Positions 49,357 through 57,176 are shown, counted from the first letter of the stretch. The stretch is 61,574 bases of DNA from Gemmatimonadota bacterium (GCA_017881445.1 JADGQX010000003.1:1-61574), one strand, 5' to 3'. Translations and numbers: made by a program. The notes: generated by a model not told the origin, from the letters alone.

Positions 49357-50520
49357 ATGGACGCGATGACGAGTACCCGGGCCGGGCGCCCCGTGACGCA
49401 GCAGGGCGGGCGTGATGGCTACGCCGCCTTCGTCCCGGCGCCACTTCCCCCGGAACCGGCCATCGCCGTGACGCCAGAGCTCCGGCGGTTGGAGGAGGAG
49501 GCAGCCCACGCGCTGGGAAAGCTGGAGGGTGTCTCCGCCACGATTGACCCGGACCGACTGCTGTACATGTACGTCCGAAAGGAAGCGGTGCTGAGCAGTC
49601 AGATCGAGGGCACCCGGTCGACGCTGACCGACCTGCTCCAGTACGAAGCCGCAGGCGCCGAGGGGACGCCGGTCGCCGACGTTCGGGAGGTGAGCAGCTA
49701 TGTGGCGGCGCTCTACCACGGCCTTGAGGCCATCCAGACGGGCAGGCTCCCCCTGAGCTTGCGGCTCCTGCGGGAATTGCACGGAGTGCTGGTGAGCGGA
49801 CGTCGAGGGGGCGACAAGGCTCCGGGGGAGTTCAGGCGAACGCAGAACTGGATCGGCGGGACGCGGCCGGGCAACGCTCGCTTCGTGCCCCCTCCGCCGC
49901 ACGAGTTGATGCCTGCACTGGGGAACCTCGAGGGGTTCCTGCACGACGAGTACGGTCCCACTCCGGCTCTGCAGAAGGCTGGGCTGGCGCATGTCCAGTT
50001 CGAGACGATCCACCCCTTTCTCGACGGGAACGGCCGCATCGGGCGACTTCTCATCAGCCTTGTCCTCGTAACAGAGCGCCTGCTCACACGCCCCTTCTTC
50101 TACCTTAGCCTCTACTTCAAGGAGAACCGCGCCGACTACTACGATGCGCTGCAAAGGGTGCGCACGCACGGCGACTGGGAAGGCTGGCTGCACTTTTACC
50201 TGGTGGGGGTGGCCTCAATCGCGAACCGAGCGGCCGAAACGACCCTGTTGTTGCGCAACCTCTTCGAGGCAGACCAGCAGCGGGTGCTCGCTCACGGGAA
50301 AGCCGCGAAATCGACGCTGACCGTCTATGACCTATTTCGGCGTCGTATCGTCGTCTCACCCGGTCGCGCCGCCGAGGAAACGGGCCTTACCTTGCCCACG
50401 GTCAGGAACGCCATCCAGAACATGGAGGAATTGCGGATCGTGCGGGAAACCACGGGACGGAAGTGGGGCCGACTCTACGTCTACTCCGAGCAACTGCGGA
50501 TTCTCAACGACGGCCCGTGA
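49357..50520 (+). CDS. Fic-family protein (class II, N-terminal inhibitory helix; C-terminal winged-helix)
   Basis: It has the canonical Fic motif HPFLDGNGRIGR and the inhibitory motif S-x-x-x-E-G in VLSSQIEGT. The start is ATG 49357; the alternative GTG is at 49312. Confidence 0.85.
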   Translation: MDAMTSTRAGRPVTQQGGRDGYAAFVPAPLPPEPAIAVTPELRRLEEEAAHALGKLEGVSATIDPDRLLYMYVRKEAVLSSQIEGTRSTLTDLLQYEAAGAEGTPVADVREVSSYVAALYHGLEAIQTGRLPLSLRLLRELHGVLVSGRRGGDKAPGEFRRTQNWIGGTRPGNARFVPPPPHELMPALGNLEGFLHDEYGPTPALQKAGLAHVQFETIHPFLDGNGRIGRLLISLVLVTERLLTRPFFYLSLYFKENRADYYDALQRVRTHGDWEGWLHFYLVGVASIANRAAETTLLLRNLFEADQQRVLAHGKAAKSTLTVYDLFRRRIVVSPGRAAEETGLTLPTVRNAIQNMEELRIVRETTGRKWGRLYVYSEQLRILNDGP

Positions 50521-50554
50521 CGGCCGGCGCATTCATGCCGTCCAAGCACGGACA

Positions 50555-50785
50555 TCAATCCGGGTGCGCGAGGGCGGCGAGGTCCAACTCCTCCAGCACC
50601 GCCCCGTCCCGCTCCCGCGCGAGCCGCACCTCCAGCGCCGCCCTCGCCTCCGCCGTCCCGATCCTCCCCAGCGCCCATGCCGCGTGCCCGCGAACCAGCG
50701 GCTCCGGGTCCTCGAGCGCCCGCGTCAGCGCCGGCACCGCCTCAGGCGCTCCCCAGTTCCCCAGCGCCACCGCCACATTGCGCAG
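50555..50785 (-). pseudogene. queG 3'-end copy C (shortest)
   Basis: RNVAVALGNWGAPEAVPALTRALEDPEPLVRGHAAWALGRIGTAEARAALEVRLARERDGAVLEELDLAALAHPD. Nucleotide homology to the other copies stops abruptly after ...CACATTGCGCAG (about 50785). Confidence 0.75.
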
Positions 50786-50936
50786 CCTCACCCCGAAGCC
50801 CGCTGCCACGCCGGTGAGAAGCACTCTTGACCCGGCGATCCCGCCCCGCCCATGCTACCAAAGTAGCCGAAATGGCGTTTGGATTTCCTATCCCTTCCCT
50901 TCTCGACCAGAGCCGAAAAGCGACAATCCGGCGCCG

Positions 50937-51261
50937 TCACCGCCGCGCGATGGTGGAGAGGTCATGGTCGTGGTGGTGGCCGTGACCATGATCATGGTGA
51001 TGGGTCGTGATCATAGGGATGGAGATGACCGTGCTCGCCCGGCGGATCCCCGCCACCGACCAGGGCGAACCGGCACACCGCCATCCCGCGGCTGGTTCCC
51101 TCGGAGAGCGTCGGCTGTCCGCACTCCCGGGGCATGACGGCCGCCAGATCGGCGAACACGCGCGGGCGGAGATCCGGCCGCGCATCAAGCAGCGCCGCGA
51201 CGAACATGTCGCCCGCGATCCCGCCGACGGCATCCAGGTGGATGTGCAGGGACCTAGTCAT
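50937..51261 (-). pseudogene. larC: larC (nickel-pincer cofactor Ni-insertion protein) N-terminal fragment, frameshifted and truncated
   Basis: The ATG overlaps the larA stop (GATGACTAG). MTRSLHIHLDAVGGIAGDMFVAALLDARPDL is the LarC N-terminus. The His-rich tract HHHDHGHGHHHDH lies in another frame and a stop follows at 50937. About 115 of an expected ~400 aa remain. Confidence 0.55.
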
Positions 51262-52549
51262 CGCCGGCAAAGACCGGGACCACATAGGGTCCCTCGGGGA
51301 TCACGCCCAACGACAGATCGTCGTGGCGTTCGAGGCTGGCACGAACGGCCTGCTCCACCGAGTCGACCAGCTCGACGCCAGTGATCCGGCGCTCCTCGCT
51401 CGTCAGCCCGGTGGTGAAGAGCTGGATGCGGCCGATACGCATGGGCTTGAGCTGCATCTCGGTCTGCCACTCGTCGATTTCGGCGAACGACTTGGCCTTC
51501 AAGGTCGCCAGGAAGCGGTCAGGGCCAAGCTCGACCATCCGCGCCTGAGCGTTGCGAAACTCGTCGGAGCCGAACCCTTCGGAGCATTCCGAGGCGATGA
51601 TCAGCGTGCCGCCGGGAGCCAGGATATCCATCGGGGTGACCATCCCCTTGACGGTCTGATAATAGGTCTTGTCGAGCGGATAGCCGGCCGAAGACGTCAG
51701 CACGGTCTTGAACCGACGCGGAATCCTGACCGCTGTCGACGCCTCGATAAACGCAACCGCGGTCAAATGGCTGGCGATGACTTCGCCGAAATTTACGTAG
51801 ACCAGATCCCTGTCTTCATCGAGAATCGTGTTGATGGCGTAGATTTCACCGATCTTGCGTACGATCTCCAACTGCTCCTCGTGCAGCGGATTGCCCACCA
51901 GATTGCACTGCACGGCGAGCGGATCCTCCATGAAACGCGCCGAATGGAAGGTGCGGATCGTTTCATGGTGGGCGACACCGGGAGCCACCACCTTGCGTCC
52001 GCCCGACCAGCCGGCCATGAAATGAGGCTCGATCAGGCCGGAGACGATGCGCAGGTCGGCGTCAACGAAGCGCCGGTCGATCTTGACCGGGATTCCCCGT
52101 CCGGTCCGGCCCAGGTCAACATGGGCCGCGTCGTCGCGAGCGAAGTGGTTTTCCACCCGCACGGTTTTCAGAACCCAGGGGTCGCCGACCAGCTCTTCGA
52201 GCTCCGTCCCTTCGTTCGCGCGGTGCAGGCCGGTCGCGACAACGATCGAAATGCCGTCACGCGATAGCCCGGCCTGCGTCAGCGTCTCGATGATCGGCCG
52301 CAGAAACAGCTTGTTGGGGACCGGCCGGGTGATGTCGCAAATCAGGATGCAGGCGCTCTTGCGATCTTTGGCCAGTTCGCCGAGCGGCTTGCTGGCGACC
52401 GGAGTCCCGAGCGCCTGGCGGACGGCCAGCGGCTGGTCCGGGAGCTTCGCCAAGGCGACCTTGCGAATGATCGTCGGCTCGGCCTCGGCCGGCAGCGCCA
52501 CATCCAACTGACCCCGGCCGAAGGCGATCTCCACCCGCTCATTCATCAA
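51254..52549 (-). CDS. larA: LarA-family nickel-dependent racemase/epimerase (DUF2088)
   Basis: ILICDITRPVPNK, VATGLHR and GLIEPHFMAGWSGGRKVVAPG align by eye with lactate racemase LarA landmarks. The ORF is full length at 431 aa. Confidence 0.8.
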   Translation of the reverse strand: MMNERVEIAFGRGQLDVALPAEAEPTIIRKVALAKLPDQPLAVRQALGTPVASKPLGELAKDRKSACILICDITRPVPNKLFLRPIIETLTQAGLSRDGISIVVATGLHRANEGTELEELVGDPWVLKTVRVENHFARDDAAHVDLGRTGRGIPVKIDRRFVDADLRIVSGLIEPHFMAGWSGGRKVVAPGVAHHETIRTFHSARFMEDPLAVQCNLVGNPLHEEQLEIVRKIGEIYAINTILDEDRDLVYVNFGEVIASHLTAVAFIEASTAVRIPRRFKTVLTSSAGYPLDKTYYQTVKGMVTPMDILAPGGTLIIASECSEGFGSDEFRNAQARMVELGPDRFLATLKAKSFAEIDEWQTEMQLKPMRIGRIQLFTTGLTSEERRITGVELVDSVEQAVRASLERHDDLSLGVIPEGPYVVPVFAGDD

Positions 52550-52642
52550 CGCTCTCCTTGCCCAAATCCCATCGGTTCGTTCCGGCGCCGGCGACCCGGC
52601 GCGCCGCCGGCAAGAGCGGCGCCCTTGTCGCTGGCCGCCGAA

Positions 52643-53568
52643 TTACGTATGCGCGATCTCAGGCGCCATCGCGACCTCGTTCTCCTGGTTCGCCGGCTCC
52701 TCTTCACCCTTCATCGTCCCGAACTTGGCGGCGACGAACGCAGTGACGAGCGGGACCATGACCGCGGTGATGACCACCGCCGCCGCGACCAGGATGGTGG
52801 CGCTTTGGGCCGCATCGGCGTAAACGGGATTTGCCGCCGCGATGATGGCAGGCACCGCCGCGGCGTTGCCCGCGGTCGACGCCGCGGCCACACCTGCCAC
52901 GCCGGTTCCTCCGGTCAGGCGATCCACGAAGAACAGAGCGATGCCGGTGACGGCCACCACAGCAACGCCGACGCCAACGCCGAGCAAGCCGGCGGACCAG
53001 ACCTTGCTCAGGTCGAGCGAGGCGCCGAGGCCGAAGGCGAAGAACGGGATGAGGCCGGGCGCGATCTTGCCCAGGAAGCCCCGCATCTCGCGGTCCAGGT
53101 TACCCATCGCCATGCCGATCCGCAGCGGAAGGATAGCGCCCAGCATGGCCTGCCACGGAAACGCGGCCAGCCCCGCCATTCCGAGCGTCACCATGGTCAG
53201 AAACGGCCCGGACTCCAATCGCCGCCACGATCGCCAGAGTGGAAAGCCCCGCGAACATGCCGCCGCTGATGGGCGCCTCCCCCAGAAAGTGGCCGAAGAT
53301 GAGACCGAAGGTGGCGCCGATTCCGATCTTGGTCAGAAACAGCGAACCGCCTTTCTTGAGGACACGCCTGGATGTCGATGCTGGCGCCCATGCAGACGAA
53401 GAAGGCGGCCAGAGTCGGCATGGGGTTGAACAGCGCCCCGGTGAACGATCCGAAGAACTTGGGTGTCTCGGGAAAGAAAGTATTGATGATGGCGCCGGTC
53501 AGCAGTGGAACGACCATCATTCCACCCGGAACCTTTTCGATCAGGCGCTTGATTCGAATCTGCATCAC
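52643..53568 (-). pseudogene. kdgT: 2-keto-3-deoxygluconate permease KdgT, disrupted
   Basis: The N-terminus MQIRIKRLIEKVPGGMMVVPLLTGAI...FFVCMGASIDIQ is in one frame. [16 protein letters not shown]...[14 protein letters not shown] is in a second frame. [15 protein letters not shown]...[14 protein letters not shown]... is in a third frame (ORF 52643..53218). About 30 codons are missing between the last two segments compared with E. coli KdgT as I recall it. Confidence 0.6.
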
Positions 53569-53889
53569 AGGAGCTCCCCTACTGGTCCGGACGGCAAACG
53601 TTGAAGCAATGGCATCGCAGCACCTCGACGGCCGCAGTAGAACGCGTCAGGCGTGGCTGCCACGCCAGCCGGCATTGTTGCGAAGTGGAAATATCGCGAC
53701 TCGGCCTCCTGGAGCGCCACGTTTCGTACGCATTCACCGACCTCCACGCGAAGCTCACCAGCGACCTCGGTGGCGTGAGGCGGCTCAGCGTCACCGCCCA
53801 TTTCAGCGCCGAGGCGTTGGGGGACCTGGATCACAGCGACAGCGCCGTCGTCGACTCGGACTGGTCCAACCGCGCGCTGGCCGTCCACT

Positions 53890-54390
53890 ACCGGACGGCG
53901 CCGGCGCAGTCTCTCATCGCCGATCTGTCGGCATCCTCAGCCAGTTTCACAGCAGGTTCCTGCTCGAGGGCGGCGATCCGCCGCAGCTGGACGCCCGCGG
54001 CACCATGCGCGACGCGCAGGGGACTGCGGAGCTGTGCTGGTATGCCGCCCCCGGTGTGGCGGTGGCCGGGGGAATCTGCGCGGGCGCCTTCTCCAGCGCG
54101 GATTCCGTGGCCGTGGCCGATCCGGACGTGGGCGAGATCGTGGAGCCCTCGTGGGCCCGCGGCCGCAGCAGCCCCGTCGGAAGGATGTGCTGTAAGAACC
54201 GACCGATGAAGGCATCCACCGGCAGCGGGAGCCGCTTCGTCTCGTGCGACTGCGCATGGGTGTAGCGGAACGTGACGCGGCCATCGGTGAAGGACTCCAG
54301 CGCGTGGTTGCTGAGGGCCAGGCGATAGACGTACCGTGAGAGATAGCGCAGCGCGTGCTCGCCGGTCCCGACCGCGGACTTCGACGGCAA
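53890..54390 (-). mobile_element. IS91/IS801-family (Y2 rolling-circle) transposase, C-terminal fragment, degenerate
   Basis: GEHALRYLSRYVYRLALSNHALESFTDGRVTFRYTH...LPLPVDAFIGRFLQHILPTG resembles the conserved C-terminal half of IS91-family TnpA. The frame breaks after LPTG, and the N-terminal catalytic part is absent. The fragment starts 9 bp from the queG stop. Confidence 0.45.
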
Positions 54391-54398
54391 GAGGTGGC

Positions 54399-55658
54399 TC
54401 AGTCTGGAACCGCCGCGATAAGCTCATCTCGCACGTAGGCATCCTCCTCCACTGCCCGGCGCTCCTCCAGCGCTGCCTGCGCCTCCGCCGTCCCGATCCT
54501 CTGCAGCGCCCACGCCGCGTGCCCGCGCACCAGCGGCTCCGGGTCCTCGAGCGCGCGCACGAGCGCCGGCACCGCCTCGGGCGCGCCCCAGTTCCCCAGG
54601 GCGACCGCGACGTTCCGCAGGAACCCCGCACGACGAGCGCGCCGGATCGCCGACCCGCGCGAGAACTCGTCCCAGGCGGCTTCGTCCATGGCGATGAGGT
54701 CGAGGAGCGCAGGCCCGGAGGTGCCCGGAATGGCGGCCGCCGCTGCCCGTCCCGAATCCGACTCCGAATCCGGCCGTTTCGGGCCCGGGCCCGGGCCCGG
54801 GCCCGTTTGTTCCGGCGGCCGCGGCGCCCGCGCCAGATACCCCGGCTCCCGCGTCAGCCGGACGAACCTGGCGTTATTGAACGGACAAACGGATTGGCAG
54901 ATGTCGCAACCGAACACCCGGTTGCCGATGGCCGGCCGCAGCTCGCGCGGGATCGGGCCGCGCAGCTCGATGGTGAGGTAGGAGATGCAGCGGCGGGCAT
55001 CGATGACCGGGGCGCCGGCGTCGTCCCGCCCCAGGAGCGCGCCGGTGGGGCAGGCGCCGAGGCAGGCGTCGCAGGAGCCGCAGCGATCCTCGGCGAAAGC
55101 CAGATCGGTCTCCAATTCCAGCTCCAGCAGCAGCGTGCCCAGGAAGAAGTAGGAGCCCGCCCGCGGGTCGATCATCATGGTGTTGCGGCCGAACCAGCCG
55201 ATGCCCGCGCGCCGAGCCAGCTCCCGCTCCAGCACCGGAGCGGTGTCCACGCTGGCGCGCGCCAGCGGCAGCGCCTGGCCGACCTCCGCCTCCAGCCAGC
55301 GGAGCAGTTCTACGAGCTTCGGTTTGATGACACGGTGGTAGTCGCGCCCCCGGGCGTAGCGGGCGACGACGCCGCGGGAGGGATCGTCGTCGGCCGCACC
55401 ATCGTCGCCTGGATGGTAGTTCTGGCAGACAACGAGGGCGCTGCGGAGCCCCGGCTGCGACGCCGCCGGCTCCAGCCGCCGCTGGACCGCGTCCGCCCGG
55501 GCCAGGTACGCCATCTCGCCGTGACGCCCTTGGGCCAGCCAGGCTCGGTAGAACGCCGCGTGCTCGCTGGGACCCAGCCGCGCGATGCCCGCGCGGTCGA
55601 ATCCCAGCTCCAGCGCCCGCGCCTTCAGGCGCGATTCCAGCGTCGCGTCCGCCGCCAT
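54399..55658 (-). CDS. queG: epoxyqueuosine reductase QueG (full length)
   Basis: The N-terminal DUF1730-type region has GEMAYLAR. Two ferredoxin-type motifs (CGSCDACLGACPTGAL and CDICQSVCPFN) are followed by a C-terminal HEAT-like domain. An unusual PGPGPGP/SESDS linker is inserted between them. Confidence 0.9.
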   Translation of the reverse strand: MAADATLESRLKARALELGFDRAGIARLGPSEHAAFYRAWLAQGRHGEMAYLARADAVQRRLEPAASQPGLRSALVVCQNYHPGDDGAADDDPSRGVVARYARGRDYHRVIKPKLVELLRWLEAEVGQALPLARASVDTAPVLERELARRAGIGWFGRNTMMIDPRAGSYFFLGTLLLELELETDLAFAEDRCGSCDACLGACPTGALLGRDDAGAPVIDARRCISYLTIELRGPIPRELRPAIGNRVFGCDICQSVCPFNNARFVRLTREPGYLARAPRPPEQTGPGPGPGPKRPDSESDSGRAAAAAIPGTSGPALLDLIAMDEAAWDEFSRGSAIRRARRAGFLRNVAVALGNWGAPEAVPALVRALEDPEPLVRGHAAWALQRIGTAEAQAALEERRAVEEDAYVRDELIAAVPD

Positions 55659-55701
55659 GCGTCTAGTCTACCCGGGCACGCCCGCCCCGGTCCGGGCCAT
55701 G

Positions 55702-55749
55702 GCGGGAGAGCGGGAGAGCGGGAGAGCGGGAGAGCGGGCGAGCGGGAGC
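55702..55749. repeat. 8-bp tandem repeat (GCGGGAGA x4 perfect plus 2 degenerate units)
   Basis: Read directly from the sequence. It lies in the 260-bp divergent intergenic region between queG and the MqnA/D-family gene. Confidence 0.85.
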
Positions 55750-55919
55750 CGCTGCGTTCGCGGTCGGCCCTGCTCCTGCTCCCACCCCGCCACGAGCACC
55801 GTCCGCGGGACGTGCACCTGCACGTCGGCCCTGCTCCTGCTCGTCGTCGGCCCGTTTGACGCGCCAACAGGGCGGCCCTAACATCACCGGCCGTGCCAAC
55901 CCGAACGCCAGGAAGCGCG

Positions 55920-56753
55920 ATGCCGACGATCCACGTTGCCCATTCCCCCGACTCCGACGACGCGTTCATGTTCTATGCGCTCGCCACGGGCAAGATCGAC
56001 ACGGGCGGCATCGAGTTCGTGCACGAGCTGCAGGATATCGAGACGCTGAACCGCCGGGCGCTGGCGGCGGAGCTGGAGGTCACGGCGGTCTCCATCCACG
56101 CCTACGCCTACCTGTCCGACCGCTACATGCTGCTGCCGCACGGCGCCTCCATGGGCGAAGGCTACGGCCCGCGGCTGGTGGCGCGGGAGCCGCTCACGCC
56201 CGAGCAGCTCGCGGGTCGGACGGTGGCCGTGCCGGGGGTCCTCACCTCGGCCTACCTGGCGCTGCGGCTGTTCGCGCCCGGCGCGGAGACGGTGGTGGTC
56301 CCCTTCGACGAGATCATGGAGCGGGTGGCGGCGGGCGAGCACGAGGTGGGACTGCTGATCCACGAGGGGCAGCTGACCTACCAGGACCACGGCCTGCACC
56401 TGATCGCCGACCTGGGCGAGTGGTGGGCCGCCGGCAACCAGGGGTTGCCACTCCCCCTGGGCGGCAACGCCATCCGCCGGGACCTCGGGCCCGAGCTGAT
56501 CAGCCGGGTCTCCCAGATCCTGCGCGAGTCCATCGCCTACGGACTGGAGAACCGCAAGGCCGGCCTCGACCACGCCCGCTCCTACGGTCGCGGGCTGGAC
56601 GAGGCCCAGACGGACGAGTTCGTGGGCATGTACGTCAACCAGCGGACGCTGGACTACGGCGACGACGGCCGGCGCGCGGTCCGTCTCTTCCTCGAGCGCG
56701 GCTATCAGGCCGGCATCATTCCCCACCCCGTGGACGTCCAGTTCGCGGACTGA
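55920..56753 (+). CDS. MqnA/MqnD/SBP-family protein (futalosine-pathway-related periplasmic-binding fold)
   Basis: ATG 55920 follows AGGAAG. MPTIHVAHSPDSDDAFMFYALATGKID... is the typical N-terminus of this family. Confidence 0.65.
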   Translation: MPTIHVAHSPDSDDAFMFYALATGKIDTGGIEFVHELQDIETLNRRALAAELEVTAVSIHAYAYLSDRYMLLPHGASMGEGYGPRLVAREPLTPEQLAGRTVAVPGVLTSAYLALRLFAPGAETVVVPFDEIMERVAAGEHEVGLLIHEGQLTYQDHGLHLIADLGEWWAAGNQGLPLPLGGNAIRRDLGPELISRVSQILRESIAYGLENRKAGLDHARSYGRGLDEAQTDEFVGMYVNQRTLDYGDDGRRAVRLFLERGYQAGIIPHPVDVQFAD

Positions 56754-56773
56754 GCACGCGGAGACAACTTCGT

Positions 56774-57012
56774 CTCACGCAGAGCCGCAGAGCCCGCGGA
56801 GGGCATGCCGGCGGGACCCCGGGAGACCGGGCGATCGCCGGCATCTTCTTTTTGTGGTTACATCCAGCGGGGTTCGCGACTGGCCGCTCTGTCCGAAGTT
56901 CCGCAGGTTGTTGCCGTTAAACAAATATAGAAAAGACCCCCGCTTGACTGCGGCCCCGTCGGTCGGCCGGAATCGGCCCGGCCGGCTCTGCGGCTCCGCG
57001 GCTCTGCGTGAG
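56774..57012. repeat. pair of inverted 21-bp REP-like arms flanking an AT-rich core
   Basis: CTCACGCAGAGCCGCAGAGCC (56774-56794) pairs with GGCTCCGCGGCTCTGCGTGAG (56992-57012), with 1 mismatch to the reverse complement. Both arms are built from GCAGAGCC-type octamers. Confidence 0.5.
56805..56852 (+). terminator. putative intrinsic terminator
   Basis: The stem ATGCCGGCG (56805-56813) pairs with CGCCGGCAT (56835-56843). A structured 21-nt loop lies between the arms, and CTTCTTTTTG follows. Confidence 0.5.
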
Positions 57013-57176
57013 ATGGCTGTTGAAGTCGGCGTGCTTGCGCCTCGCCGCAGGCCCCGGATGCACCGCCGGCCGGGGCGGCGGGCCCCGGCCGGGTTGCTCG
57101 GCAGATCCGCAGGTTTTCTGTGGCGGGATATTCCTGCGTGGAACTTCTTGCTCTCGGGCAATAGGCAAAGATGAGC

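Noticed and set aside
53650-53666. Hairpin GGCGTGGC-T-GCCACGCC as an IS91 oriIS-type end
   Set aside because: The position, about 230 bp beyond the transposase relic, is suggestive. I cannot verify similarity to known oriIS/terIS sequences from memory, and a single short GC hairpin is common in this genome. It is mentioned only as context.
55702-55749. Possible CRISPR-like array
   Set aside because: The units are only 8 bp, are directly abutting without spacers, and no cas genes are present. It is a simple tandem repeat.
56860-56900. tRNA or tRNA fragment as an integration target (GGGGTTCGCGA resembles a T-loop)
   Set aside because: I could not build an acceptor, D or anticodon stem on either strand, and the flanking sequence does not fit a cloverleaf.
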